NCBI GenBank assembly: GCA_002633005.1
Contig: NMRA01000237.1
Coordinates: 310,001 to 374,000, forward strand
From: Phoronis australis
Lineage: Eukaryota; Animalia; Phoronida
Reading direction: 5' to 3'
Length of the DNA: 64,000 bases
This document shows, piece after piece, positions 1 through 15,500 of this stretch (positions within the stretch are counted from its first letter, which is position 1; each line of letters starts with the position of its first letter). The position numbers were made by a program, and so were the translations under genes. Below the pieces are notes generated by a model. The model made no database searches. It was not told the DNA's origin and worked only from the letters and a program-made list of their open reading frames with translations.

Positions 1-245
1 GTTTGCTCAGATGTCTCATGTTTGATTCTGAAGATATTAATACCTCATATGTCTGCTGGGTACTACTGTTCTTAGTTGTAAATAATTTTACTGTTTGTCT
101 TGATTTGAATTCTCCTTTAAATGTGTAATTCATGGACCAAACCATTGACTTCCTGTTGTTAAACTATAGACACCAACAACTTTGTATTTTTTATTTTTTT
201 TGCAATGAAGCTGCCCCAGTAAATATCACATTCTTTTGTCTTTAG

Positions 246-515
246 AGGAGAAGTTTGACTTTGTCCGACCCATAAAAGATGCAGAGGTGACTGAAATACC
301 TGGTGAGGCCACATTCGAATGTGAACTGTCCACCCCTGACATTCCTGTTCAGTGGTTGAAAGATGGCAAGCCAATCAAGCCATCAGAAAAGGTGAAGATC
401 ATCGACGATGGACAAGTTCACAAGCTGGTGATGAAGGGGGTGACAGAAGAGGATGAAGCAGAGTTCACTGTTGTGGCTAGGGGGAAGAAATGCACCGCTG
501 GCTTATTTGTGGAAG
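246..515 (+). CDS. Exon: Ig domain (super-repeat 1, Ig-B)
   Basis: tttag|AG..G|gtatg; EEKFDFVRPIKD..FECELS..WLKDG. Confidence 0.9.
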
Positions 516-3500
516 GTATGCTCACAGCCATTGCTCAAGAGGTTTTTTTCCACACTGAATGCTTTGACAAGCCTTAAACTTAGAGGTCTGTTTTGGTTGC
601 AGATTGATATCTCCATTTTAGTTTGTAATACTTCAGTCAATATTCCGACTTATTTTAGATTATTGCATCCGATATTTAATGGATTTTTATGTCTTTAAAT
701 TACAGTTAGAAATGTGGACTTTTGCTTTTTCACTTCACTTCAACCTGCGGAAATAAAGAGTTGTAATACTTTGTGCTATAATTTTAAGTTTCGTTTCTAT
801 ATGTCTGGCACCATTGCAGCTCATATGTATAATTTTATAATATCTGTTGGCTAATGTTAATAATTGATATTTGTGACCATTATAGTTAATCCATTTCCAG
901 CTGCACCCAAACTTACCATTGATGACAAATACAAGCAAACAATCATACTGAAAGCAGGCAGTGCCACTGTTTTTGAAATTCCATTTGTTGGCAATCCTAT
1001 GCCCAAAGTTGTGTGGAAGTTCAATGGTGGTTCATTGCCTGACACCAAACGTATGAAAGAAGAAACCATCCGCAGAATGACATCATTGAGCCTTCGTAAT
1101 GTGGAGCGCAAGGACTCTGGTGATTACCAGCTCACAGTTTCCAATGACAACGGCCAGATGGAGGTCACCATCACTCTGCTTGTTGTTGGTAAGACAGTCA
1201 CATCTTTGTTATGACGTCATGGAGATTGAAGTTTTTTGCTGCTTCTTGTGCAGCTTTTACTAAAGATTATGATTTATAGAGGGCAAACATTTGCCTTATC
1301 ACAATATTGTTGTCCATTAACAATGTCAAGCAATGATCATTAGGGTAATATAAACAGGTATTTTGATGTCAATCTCGCTAATAGCCCTGAAAAATATGCA
1401 AGTGGGTCATTGTGACATATCAATTGATTACTTAATTTATGCAGTAAGTTTGCATATTTTTAGCAAGCTTTTCTTGTTGCCATTAATCTACACCTGTCAC
1501 TAACTGGAGCTATATTAAATGTGTTATGTGGACTAAGACCTACACTTTTTACCTCCCATTTACCATTTTTAGACAAACCTGACACACCACGTGATCTGGA
1601 GGTCACTGATGTCACAGAATCAACCATCAGTCTTCAATGGAAAGAACCCATGGACAATGGAGGAAGTGACATCACTGGCTACCTCCTAGAGAAACGCGAA
1701 GCCAGCCGGCGGTCGTGGCAGACTGTGACCACTACCTCTGACCTGTCGTATGTCGTCACCGGTCTGACAGAGGGAGCTAAATACTTCTTCCAAGTGTCAG
1801 CTCAGAACAAATATGGCTCTAGTGAGCCATGCGAGATTCCACAGGCCACTGTGCCGAAGAGTCCATACAGTAAGTGAATGTTGTAAATTGTCATTTTGTC
1901 ATATGGTGTTAGTAGTTTTTGTAAAAGCAATGAAGGCCAGTGATCATATTTGCTGAGTCTCTGATACCCGCAGCACATACGGACTTCTACTGCCGGTGTC
2001 TGACGAATGCCTTAACCTACTGTTATCAGTCATTTTTGGTAGCTTTTTTCTCACAGTGGCGCAATATGCCGCAAAAAAATACCCTTTGCCATGCCTGCGA
2101 TTGAGTATTTAGATGGTAACACAATCTTGGAAAACTAAATGTGTTAACTCACCTTATTTTCAAATTAATTCAACTTGTGTCTGATTTGTAATGATTTGAA
2201 AGTAATATTTTGAGTTATGCATTTCCTCAATCCTATTTACTTAGATCCTCCGGATGCACCAAATGCTCCTGTTGTCTCAGAGATCTTCAGCGATTCAGCT
2301 GTTGTTACCTGGCAACCACCTGCAAATGACGGTGGCACGCCCGTAACAGGATACGTCTTAGAAAAGTGCTCAGCAAGAAGTGGTCGCTGGGTTCGCGTGA
2401 ATCGAACATTGATCATTGAGACAACAATGAAGATGGCAGATCTGATTGAAGGAACTGTATACGAGTTCCGTGTTATTGCCGAGAACAAAGTTGGGCCAAG
2501 CAAACCGAGTGAATCTTCTGAGCCATTTACGGCTAAGAATCCTTGGGGTAGGTCTTGTTAGTAATGCTGTGGCTGTTGAAAATGTGTAAGATTCTGTGAT
2601 ACCTAACCTCGTTTTGACTTATTAGCTCATTTAAAACGCTTTGAACTAATACAGTTTTGATTTTGAAGTGTATATTGTGTTTGTAAGCTCATCGATGATA
2701 AAGGGAAAATCTGCAATTAAGAAACATTAATTAATACACAAACAATAACTTTGAAATAAATGTTTCTGGTGCATATTATATGCTTTTTGGCAAACACAGT
2801 TCTCCGTGCCGTTCAGTTTGTTCGAGGTTGTAGCATCAATGATCTTTGGAGGGAAGGAAAGCAATATGCATTTTCAACATGGTTCCCCCCCCCCCAAGAA
2901 AGTTTGAAGGCCACTTGAAATAGTGGCGCTGCTAAGACTCACACAGAGATAACATGATTAGGTTAGATGTGATGGATTAATCATTAAATTAATCATTTTT
3001 TCTTCAGAGAAACCAGGAAAGCCCGGCAAACCTGAGACCAGCAATGTGACTAATACAAGTGTGGACTTGACTTGGACACCACCAACAGAGGACGGGGGAA
3101 GTCCTATATTTAACTACGTCATAGAGCACAAGGCTACCTATGCATTCCGGTGGACAAGAGCTAATGAGAAGGAGGTGTCTGCCACCAACTACACAGTAAA
3201 GGGTCTCAAACAGGATACAGAGTACGAGTTCCGTGTGGCCGCTGAGAACAAGGCCGGTGTCGGTGAACCTTCTGACAGCACCCGACCGCTGAAGATCAAA
3301 GAACCTATTGGTAACGAATTATACATTAGTTTGTCCATAACAATATTAAAAATAGCATCGTTATCTAATCCCAGTGGCTACCACATATAACACCTTTTCA
3401 GTGGTTTCGAAATTTAAATGACAATTTTTTCTTTAAATAGAATTGCTTTCAGTCACCAGGTTGCCTATAGGGTACACACATATGGGAACTATTCCATTAA

Positions 3501-6500
3501 TTCCACATTTCCTTGCTAAACTAGATGTATTCCTTCTGTGAATTTATTCAAATTCATTATAGTTGAATGCTAGTCTTCGCACTGAACTTTTAACCAAATT
3601 ACCCTTTCACTGTTATGATTAATTTTGTCTTTTGCAGTTGGAAATCCTCCAGCGATATTGGCTCCCCTCGAAGATCTCACGGTAGTCGCACCAAATGAAG
3701 TGATTCTGATGTGTGACATTGACCCCGGCAAGCCACTTGCTGAGATCAGATGGTTCAAAGATGCCAAGGAACTGTCCAAGAGTAGGAAGTATGAGATGAG
3801 CTATGAAGATGAAGTGGCCTCATTGGTGATTAAAGACACTGAGCTTAGTGATGCCAGCAAGTACACATGTGATGTGGCTAACCCACTGGGAAAGGTGGAA
3901 TCTTCAGCTGCTGTTACAGTTCACAGTATGTGTTATTTGTTCCTATTGTATATTTACGTACTGTGCCGGTATGTCATATGGTGTTTTGGCCGACATTGAG
4001 AGATTGTTTCCAGCATCTTTAACCTAATATGGAGTAGCTGTGAAAATTTAAAATAATGAAATTTCCTCGTAATTTCGTAACTTTGCTGTTGATATTTTGA
4101 TTGTGTTACTTAAAGCGCTGTTCACCTTATGCAAAATAGATCTTTTTAAAGGGTAAGTCCTCAGCATTTTTCCTTTAGAAACAGTGTTGAATTGTGAGGA
4201 TTCTGTGGTATTTTCACAGTGGAATGGAGAGGTCAAAATGTTTTGAAGTCAATGATCGAACGCAACTAATCAAGCAATTCCACTGTATTTTCCTTACATG
4301 AGTAGGGACTATGCGTACTTTACTGAGAAATTGCCCAAAATGTGACAAAAAATCTGAATAGATAATATTTTTCTCATTACAAAGTTCTTGGGTGTGTAAC
4401 TTCATAAGAAAGTGGTTACTAGCTAAATGTTGATGTCTGAGGTTTGTCTTTATTCTCTCATTGCAGCCCCACCAAAGATCGAAGTGGAGTCTAGGCAGAA
4501 ACCAAGTGACTCCATGAAAGCTGGGAGTTCGTTGGTGTACCAAGTAAGTGTTTCTGGTGTTCCTGCCCCAGAGATTATGTGGACTCAGGATGGAAAGAAG
4601 CTTGAACCATCTGCTAATATGAAAGTGGACATCGGAAATAACTATTCTACACTCAACATGAAAAACATCAGCAAGACCAATTCTGGGAAGTACGAGGTCA
4701 TGGCTACCAACTCTGCTGGAAAAGACTCCAAGAGTTTTGAGTTGAATGTGAAAGGTGAGTAAAAAGTTTATATAAATTTTGTATTAATTTTGAAACAAAT
4801 CCAGTTGGTAGACAGTGCTTTATGATTCATGTCTTTTGCATTTGTCAATGAGATTTGATTAAGTGAACGTGGAGTACTAAAATTGAGTACAATACTCTAG
4901 TGCTTTAAATTAGTTTATAAATATAAACTGGTCAAAGCAAACCATATTGTAGCATAAAATCAAATTTGTGCTGTGTTGTATGATTCAAATTCTGTGAGTT
5001 AATTACATTTTATACATTCTTGCCAAATATAAATGACCACAGAATCACTCTGTAATTCATATCATTTTCTGTAACATTTTCTTCAGACAAACCCTCACCA
5101 CCACAAAACATGGAAGTTACTGGCACCTCAAAGTCTTCCATCACTGTTGCCTGGCAACCACCTGCCGACGATGGAGGAGCAGAAATATCGTCTTACGTCA
5201 TCGAGAAGCGTGACGCCAACAGGAACACGTGGTCTCCTGCTGGCACCGTGCGACCGAACATTCTGACATATGAAGTCACTAAACTTCTAGAAGGCAGTCA
5301 GTACTACATTAGAGTGTTTGCTGAGAATGAAGTTGGTGCAAGTGAACCGGCCACGTTGACATCACCAGTGACTGCAAAGAATCCATTTGGTAACTTTGGA
5401 TGTAGATTTTCACGAGCTGTTCTTTATTTGCTTGTCCTTATACAGTTGAAAGCATTTTTTCTAGACTTGTCGTGGAAATTAATTGTATTTGTCTGATGTG
5501 AAATTTCTGTGTGGTCCTGAACTGACTTATTCACTGTGATTTTGTGGTACTGCAATATTATGTTTATTTAATAGTTGGTGGCAACAACATGAGATAAAAT
5601 GACAAAATCAACGTTTAATGTTTTAGCATAGAATTTCTAGAAAGACAGTCGTAATGGTGTCATTCCAAAATGAAAAAATCAATCTTAAAATATTCTATGC
5701 ATGGATAAGAGGAATTGTTGAATTTTGCTGACGTAGCATTTTTTCATATTTATATGATTGTATATTTTAACTTAAAACTCATGCATTTGTTACTTTTTCT
5801 AATGAGCCATGTTTTGTGTTGACTGTTATTACTTATTTTCAGATGAGCCCACTGCACCCCAAAATCTTGAGACCACAAACGTTACCAAATCTCATGTGAG
5901 TCTCCAATGGAAGGCTCCAAAGAGCGACGGAGGATCGCCCATAACAACTTACATCATCGAAAAGAAGCAGACGTATTCCACTCGGTGGTCACGTGTCAAT
6001 AAGGAGGCTGTCCTTGACACGCATTACAAGGTTACAGATGTGTCGGAAGGCAATGAGTATGAATTCCAGGTCAAAGCGGAGAATGCGGCTGGACCAAGCA
6101 AACCATCCAATGTGGTTGGACCTGTCACTGTGAAAGACCCTGTTGGTATGCTATTTTTTGATGTCAGAGACAAAGCTTTCAAAATTTCATGAAAGCTTGT
6201 AATGTTTCGATTTAACAGTCTAGTTAATCTCGAGCTAAAACACTTTGACACAATATCCAAGACATGATGTTTCAGATAATTTTAAAAATAAAAAACATTT
6301 TGCGACTTTATTTTTACCTATGGAGGTTGTAGCGATCTCGGTGAAAATTTGATTTTATAAAAAGACCGTAGTTGCATAACAATTGTCTGAACGTTATTTT
6401 ATTACACACAATTCTTTTTAAACGGTTTTGGAAATTAATTTATAAATTCCCACACAGCACTAATTAGGCCAAGCCAAAATCATGAACTGGATTAAATCAA

Positions 6501-9500
6501 TTAAGCTATGGTGAATCTTTACACGACAACAATCAGTTTAACTCCATTCAGTTCGTAGTCTTATTACATTGTGTAATTAGGAATTCTAACTTGCCGTGTA
6601 AAGAAAGACAAATGGTTCCTCACCAGAATGTGAACCAAAACACTGGTTTTGTGAGGGGACTTAAGAAATTCAGTTCTTGGTAAATAAGGCAGGCTTAGAT
6701 GCACCATAATTCCCTCTTCATGGGTAAAAATGAATGTTGTTGCATGCCACATAACTATGTTCATTTGTCCAGCTTAATTTTCACCATAATGATCTTTCTT
6801 TCTAGTACCCATGGAATTTGTGAGAACCCTCAGTGACATCTCATGTCTGGAGATGGAAACGTTCTTCTTGGAGTGCGAGGTCAACAAACCTGATGTGAAA
6901 GCCAAGTGGAGCAAGAACAGCAAGTCAGTGACATCTAGTGGCAGATTCAACATTGAAGTCATTGGTACTGTGCACAGGCTCACAGTAAAGGAAGCTGAAC
7001 TGACGGATGAAGGAACATATACTGTGCAGCTGGAAGAGACCAAGTCATCATCTTCTGTCAAGGTCAAAGGTCAGTTGGGATTCAATGATCATGTGTTCAA
7101 GTTTTTTTCTGAATAAAGAATTAATAGGTAACTGGCTTTAGAAATTGGAAATTTATTCCCACAAGGGAAGAACAAATGCAAGCCAAAGCTTCACAGAGAA
7201 TGTAGTTTAGTTCTAGCAATTATTTTACTTGAATAATCTTGATTGTATTTTTGATTTTAATCAAACCTCAGATGCAAAACTCCTATGTGCTTGAAGTAAT
7301 TAATATGCCGTTCGTGCTTCAAAGGCTAAATTTATGTTTATTTTCTTTTATCCAGAAACTGTTGTAGAGTTTACCAAACCTCTCAAGGACGTCAAGGTCA
7401 CTAACATTCCCTCGACTGTCACCTTTGAGTGCGAAATGTCTGCTGCTGACATACCTGCCCAGTGGATGAAGAATGGAAGACTTCTGAAGACAAACGGAAA
7501 ATACCAGGTAGAGTTGGTGATTCTTATAGATATGTATACCTGTACCTTCAGTATACATTGTCAGTCAAACAAGAAAACCATGTGTTTACACTTTGGAATA
7601 TGAATGTATAATAATTTAACTGTGGACCACCCGTTTCCTCGCTAAGGTGACAAAGATTGTATGCAAGAGCGTCCATCTTGTTTTGTTATTCCTTTTTGGA
7701 ATCCAAACCTACAGACATTCCCTATTAAAAAGGTCACTTTTTATGATGCTTTTACCATGAGCAAAATTTTTTTCAAAGCAACAAGGTAGTGATATCTATT
7801 TGCCTGGGAACAAGTTCATAGTGCCTCAGAACTGTTAGCAAAGACTGGTCATTGATGAAACTAACTGTACAAAGTTTATGTATTATTTTCACATAGTTGT
7901 ATTATATTATATCTTCAGCTGTTTGTAACCCAGTTCCTTTCTCTCCCGTAGGCTGTGTGTGATGGTAACATTCACAAACTGATTATCAATGACGTGAATG
8001 GAGAAGATGAAGGAGAGTATACGATACAGGTGAAGAACAAGACTTGCAAGGCTGCACTGTCAGTCCAAGGTAGGGATGTTACCATTACTGTCAACATCAT
8101 TGAAGCAACTGTTTGCGTCTGAATTGTTCCAGAATTTCTTCGGAAGCCCAGGCTGTGATCATCAGAGGAAGGCTGTGACTGTCTGGTTCTCAGGTCCATT
8201 CTGGGCAATTTTGACTTGATAATTCACTAAAATGACTATTATTTGATATTATTTTATGGTCTCTATACCGCTTTATTTACTAATTAGAAGTTGATTTTAC
8301 CCAATTGTTCTATCAAAAACTTACTTTCACAGAGCATTATTTGTGATATTAGTCACAATCCCCTAAGTTTCTCATGTTACATCTGTTTTTTAATTCTGAT
8401 TGTTTGCCATCAGTGGAGTGTGTTGTTCCATATGCGTGGACTATATAGCTTAGTGTTCTATCTTCAAATTTGTGGGGATAGACTGTGCTTTGCTATTATA
8501 GTGTGGCTTCACCTTGATAAAGATTGTTTGTCGTAGCATGTCTGTATGTGTGTATATCAACTGAGGTCCTTACACAAACATATTTTTGCAGTTGCTCCTA
8601 AGATATATCTGGATGAGAAATATGAAGATACCATCACCCTCAAGGCTGGTAGCAGCGCCGTGTTTGAGATCCCCTTTATTGGCAGCCCACCACCCACTGT
8701 CACTTGGAGCTTCAATGGTGGAACGCTTCCTGACAGAAAACGTATGAAGGAAGACACGATCACTGGAATGTCATCTCTAAGTCTGAAGTCCGTCATGCGC
8801 AAAGACAGTGGCGACTACAAGATCACCATCGAGAATGCCAACGGGAAGGCCAGTGTCACCATCAAAGTGATTGTCTTAGGTATGATGTTGGCTTACTAAA
8901 GTTATTTTTGACAGTTAGTGGGCATACTGGCATGTTTGATCCTAACAACAGATTTAATCAGCCTCCTGTACGCACTAAACATGGGTAAGAAACAGATATC
9001 ACAATTGTCTTGCTATTGAACAGAGACCATGTTGTATTAGAGTGCATACAATGAGGCCTGGTGTGTCACCTGTGTCATTAAGAGACATAACTACCCAGTG
9101 TCTAACACCTTAGTTTTACAATTAACAGTTCTACTCAGGTTATTATTATTTTTGTACCTTCATTCCAAAGCTTCTATAGGTATATAATCAAAACTTATCC
9201 AACATGGAATCTTTTCTAATACAATTTAAAATTCATGCAGACAAACCTGAGCCCCCAAGGGACTTACAAGTCACAGATGTCTCTGACTCTACTGTCTCCC
9301 TGAAATGGAAGGAGCCTTCAGACAATGGTGGCAGTGAGGTCACTAACTACATCGTGGAGCGGCGTGAAGCATCGCGACGCATGTGGCAGTTAGCCAGCAA
9401 TACATCAGAGACTGAGGTCAAGGTCACTGGTTTGACTGAGGCCACCCAGTACATGTTCCAAGTAACAGCTGAAAACAAATATGGCCGTAGCGAACCAGTT

Positions 9501-12500
9501 GAAATCTCGAAAGCTGTGACACCCAAGAGCAAATATGGTATTGTTACTTGATTTCTTTACTTGTTTTTAGTCACTCACCTTCATATAATAGTATGGTCTT
9601 ATCCATACATGTTGACTAGCATAGTTCAGGGGGTGTACATCTAATTTCAAAAATAGTCCTGGGTGTCAGAATTCAAGTTGCACCTGAACTCGCTTTGGTT
9701 CCCCATCAGTTATAAAGCCTCGCTGTTCAGATATATAATGTTCATGTTATAAAAAAGATTTTGTTTCCACAGTTCAATAACTAATTTATTATTATTATTT
9801 TATAGTTGCTCCTGGACCGCCCTCGGCTCCAGTGGTGTCCGAAGTCTTCAGCAAATCTGCACAACTGACATGGCAACCACCTCACGACGATGGTGGCTCT
9901 CCTGTGATTGGCTATTCGATTGAGCGCTGTACTAGGCAAAGTAGTCGATGGATACGAGTCAACAAAGACACTGTCACTGAAACGACCATGAAGGTCACTG
10001 ACTTGTCGGAAGGCATGGAATATCAGTTCCGTATCTCAGCTGAGAATAAAGCAGGATTCGGATCCCCAAGTGAACCATCTAAGCCATTTGTGGCCAAAGA
10101 CCCTTGGAGTAAGTTGGTTATTGTATGGGTCATATTTCATTGGAAATTGGAAGTCTGGTGATCTTTTTCAGTGTAATCATTGAACGAGTTCCACTGAAAT
10201 ATCAATTCGTTTTTTGGCATATATTGTTTTGTTTTGTTTTGTTTTGTTTTGTTTTGTATGTCAGTTGCCTATGAGCGAGCAATCTACCATGCACGTATTG
10301 GTTTACGTTTTTCCAGATAATGTGTGTGATACAAACTGTTTGTCAAGCTGATATTGGGTCTTTTCTGGGGGGATTTTACTGTTTATTTGTGTCTTTGTTT
10401 ATTGTGCTCTTTATGAAGAACTTCCGGTCATGAATTGATTCTATGTATTACAGACAAACCAGACAGGCCAGGCATACCCAAAGTTTCTGACATCACCAAC
10501 AGCTCAGTCAAGCTCACCTGGACACCACCAGCAAACGATGGTGGCAGCGAAATATTTAACTATGTCATAGAATACAAGATGGCGACGGCGTTCCGCTGGG
10601 TGCAAGCCAACAAAGAGAAAGTGCCACAGACAGAGTTCATTGTAGCTGGACTGAAGGAGGACGTGGATTACCACTTCAGGGTGGCTGCTGAGAACAAGGC
10701 TGGTGTAGGGGAACCTGCAGAGACCAGTAAAGCAGTCAAGGTCAAAGAACCCATAGGTATGTGGAATAAATATCTTATTTGTCGTAAGACTTGTGCCTGC
10801 CACCAGGTGTCACTGCCATCTGAAAAAAGACAGCAGATGCTGAAAGGATGGAAATTGTACAAAAAGAAAAGAGATTGTCTCTATTTTTGGATTTGTAAGT
10901 GATTGTTCTTAATGATTACTATGATTTTTAGTGATATTTATGTTCACATGTTTCTTTTGACCTGATACTGTGTTGCTACAAACCACAAAGTTTAATTTTC
11001 CAATTCTTCTCATTTCCCCCTTTTTAGTCCTTATATGGTTTGCAAATCGTCATGTTCAATATAATTGTGATTTCCCTCTGTTCCTGTGTGCATTCAAATG
11101 AAAAGTTTTCCTTCAGAGCAAGCGTAATGGAATGTTGAATTATGAAATTGCTCACGACAATAAGTATTATAAATGTACCTTTTTCAGTTGGAACAGAACC
11201 CCAGATGTTGAAGCCATTGGCTGATGTCACTGTAGTCTCTCCTCAGTCAGCTACTTTGTCGTGCAAAGTTGATGTTGGCAAGCCTGTTGCTGAAATCAAA
11301 TGGTGAGTGGCGTCATGATACTCATTGAAGACCAAAATCACCAGCAACAATTTGAAATAAATGAAGTGTCTGATAAATGCTGCTCACTTTCTAATGTCAT
11401 CATGTAACTTTAAGAAAGCTCACTGATAGTATTTTATGATGACAGTTGTACTGTATAAGATGTAAGTAAGTAACCACGAAGTAATTTTTCTTCTCATTTG
11501 TTTTTGTTGAGAAATTGTGCAAATAAATTCCACATTCCCAGTATGTTGTTGAATTTTACAACACAGACATTCAGATGATATCTGGACTGTGCCTTCTCTG
11601 AATGCCTCTCTTTCCTGCTTAAGGTTCAAAGAGGTCAAAGAGCTGTACCCTGGGAGGAAGTACACTATGTCCTACGATGGCCAGACAGCCTCTCTCACCA
11701 TCAATGACTCAGAGCTCATTGATACCTCTAGATACTCCTGTGAAGTGGCCAACCCTCTGGGACGTGTTGAATCAACATGCTCTCTTACTGTTCAAAGTAT
11801 GTGGATTGTTTGGTTGTTTGTGTTCATAAAGTAATAATGCAGTTGGATTGAATGTGTGCTTCGTCATTTGTTTTCTTGTCAAACCATTATTCATATTTTA
11901 ATGCTTAGTCAAAGATAACTCATTCATTGTTGTGTAGTGATAGCTGGCTGGAACCAGGAATAGTCACAATGAATAACATTGATCTTGTATTAGTTTCTTC
12001 TCATTATTCCGTTAAAGGTTTTAGCAAGCAAAATGACAGAGTAATATATTCTTGTGTTAAAAGAATTTTTTAAAATACAGTGAGATCTCAAAAACAAAGA
12101 TTTTATGTGTGAGACTAGAATTGTTCGTAAACAACCTATCTCTCAGTTTTAAGTTGAAAATATTTCCCCTGGTTTCTTTCAGCAACCTACTTCAACTTTT
12201 AGTTTTAATTTGAAAAATATTACATTATACTTTCACCAACCTATTTGAACTTGCAGTCTTAATTAGAGAACAAATATTATGCCTGGGTGTGTTCCTCTTA
12301 ATATAACAATGTCACTTTCCTGCAGCTATTCCTACTTTGGATTATGAGCGCAAACTGAAGGATGTCATATTTGCCAAGGCAGGATCTAATCAACTGTTCC
12401 AAGTCACAGTCGATGGTCACCCAGCACCATCTGTGGTGTGGTTGCATAACGACCAAGAGCTAACTGCAAAGCACTTGAGTGTGGAGACCAGAGGTGACCA

Positions 12501-15500
12501 CACGTCGCTGTCTATTCGTGGCGTCAAGGTCGAGGACTCCGGCAGGTTTACTGTGGTAGCAGAGAACCCCGCTGGCAAGGCCTCAGCACATATTGAGGTC
12601 AAAGTTCGAGGTATATTGGGGAAGAGTGTTGTAATTAATATTGTATACCACCGTGATGGTGTTTTATGGTTTCTCGTATATTCCATAACTTTAATATAGA
12701 TATTCGTGTTAACTGCCAGTATTGTGCTTCAAAACTGGACTGTTTCCAGTCACATTGCTTTCAATGCCTATAATCTTGAGCCTGTTCTCAAGCATTAACA
12801 AACTGCCAACTTTCGGAAGCCCAGAAATCTAATATTGGAACAATTTGTGACCATTTTTTGTATTGATTTCAATCATAAATTATCTGTTTGACAATAGGTG
12901 AGTGTATACCAGTTTTAAATGAAAGTTTCAAGAGTAACTGACAAATTCAAATCAACTCTGGCAACTTTTATTGTGACCCTAGCAATCTCTATGCTAGTAA
13001 TTTTATCCACTTAACAGACTTCATTAACAATTGTTGCGATAAAAATCATGGCTTTGTTTTGATGTTCTGACCCGTTCTCAGGTCCTCCTGGTGCTCCTAA
13101 CAATCTGGAAGTCACCAACGTCACCAAAGACAGTATTGACATCAAGTGGCAACGACCGGACACTGATGGAGGTGCTGAAATCACTGGCTATATCATCGAG
13201 AAACGAGACACCAAACGTACCACTTGGTCTACCGCAGGAACTGTACGCGCCAACGTACTCGAGTTCCAAGTGGGTCGACTGATGGAAGGCAACGACTATC
13301 TCTTACGCGTCATTGCTGAGAACGAGATCGGTGCTAGTGAACCTACGGAGCTAAAGAAAGCTGTCACGGCAAAAAATCAATATGGTGAGTCTACTGCGAG
13401 CTTTTTCAGTCTGATCCATTACATAGACAAATGCTTTTGTTTGCTATTGTTTGAACATTGCATAAGTAAAGCATAGTTGTGAGGCATTTAGGGACCTACA
13501 CCAAGCTGTTAAAAGAACAAACTAATACAAAATTCCGCTGACATTTTTAAAATTTACTGCTACAGTGATCATAAGAGTACATTCTGCAAGAAGGTTTCAT
13601 GCAACTATTTCTTGGGGTTGAAATGTGGGACCACCACACGATATCCTAGATTGACATGTGCATTAATTGGTAACAATTCAGTAAAGTCTTAGCAGGTGAG
13701 TTCCCATAACAATCGTAATGAACTCATTAATAATTGTTGACTTTTCAACATATTACAACTTGTAGCAAAGATATTGGTATGATTCATTAAAGATTTTTGT
13801 GTATTAACTGTGAAACACGCATAACGTTGTTTTAGATGAGCCTGACCAGCCCAAGAACTTGACTGTTGTGGACACCTCCAAGTCGGCCATCAAGCTCTCC
13901 TGGGAACCTCCATCCTCCGATGGTGGTTCCCCCATCACTGGCTACATTTTGGAGAAGCGTCAGGCTTTTAGCACTCGCTGGGCCCCTGTGGACACTATCA
14001 AGGGTACAGAGTACACCGTCAGAGATGTGAAGGAAGGCAATGAATACGAGTTCCGTGTCTTGGCACAGAACAAAGCTGGTGCTGGTAAACCATCACAGGT
14101 GGTTGGGCCTGTCAAGGCTGAAGATCCAAAAGGTGGGTTGAATCTTGATTTGTGTTTCACTGCTTGTTTTTCATAGTCTAAATGTATTTTATTTTCACAG
14201 CATGTTTATAGCACAGTAATCTCAAACTGCCTTCAACAAATTTTGTGTTATTCAGCTTTAATAAATCATTTTGCCCTCATTTCTGTTTTTTTGTATTGCC
14301 ATTGTTTACAAAATTTCATTGCTTTAGTTTTTAAGATATAGTGCATTGATATAATTTATTTGTCCACTTGCTGAGTTATTGATGAAATGTCGTGGCATGC
14401 CATTTTAAAGTTTTTGTTTTTTATTTTTTATCATATTTTTTTACCACAAACTATGAATTGTCAAAAATTATAACATTTTCAGTGCCAGTCACATTCTCAA
14501 GGAAGCTGGCCGATGTCACCATCTATGAGTCCAGCACATTGCATCTGGAATGTGAGATCAACCTGCCAAACCTCAAGGCCAGATGGTACAAAGATGGCCG
14601 CCAGATCTTCGACGGTGCTCGCTATGACATCAGGGATGAGGGCACGGTCCATGTACTAGTTGTAAAGAATGCCGAATTGTCAGATCAAGGAGAATATTCT
14701 GTGGTCATTGAAGATGCTAAGTCAGCTGCCACAGTTTTCGTCAAGGGTAACATTTGACATTTCTTGTTACTTTCACAGTTGTTTCCAGGTCTGTTAAAGT
14801 AAAAGCGGACTTAAGGTGTGAAACTGGAGACACTGAACGTCTGCATGTATTTCAAAGTGCCTTTTGGAAATCAATTTTAGTTCACCTTTATTGGAATTAA
14901 GTGTGACTGTCAAAATGCCCTTAGAGAATGTCAGTCATTCAACTGACTTGTTAAACATGTCAATATGATTTGTGCTGTATTATATAAACGGATTTGGTTC
15001 AACGACCTTGTATTTGTGACATTATATAGTGTAATGCAAGAATTTTTACTACATTTTCTGAACAGGTACCTGTACTCTGTAGTAGAGATGGATTCAATAT
15101 AATCGTGTAAATTGTTTAGAAACACTGAGTTCCGTAACGAACGTCGTTTTCATTCCAACTTGTAGAGGAGGTAATCAACTTCTTGGAGCCCTTAAAGGAT
15201 ATTACACTGGATAAGATCCCAGCCACTGCCGAGTTCACTTGTGAACTATCAGCTGAGGTACCTGTGCAATGGAAGCGTGATGGAAAGGTCATCCTGCCAT
15301 CAGAGAAGTACCAGATAGCTGCTGATGGCAAGAAACACTCTCTGACCATCAGGAAGGCAACTGCAGAGGATGAGGCTGAGTATACTGTCAGCAGTAAGAA
15401 GGCTGCTTCATCCGCTACGCTTCTTGTTCAAGGTAATTAAGTGGTTTGGCTTGAATTCCATTTTAGGTTTATTCTGATCCACTAGGCTAAACACCTGTTC

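Noticed and set aside
13091-13476. Apparent frameshift between two ORFs in one Fn3
   Set aside because: The true frame from acceptor 13082 is continuous to 13384; the split comes from start-codon-based ORF calling.
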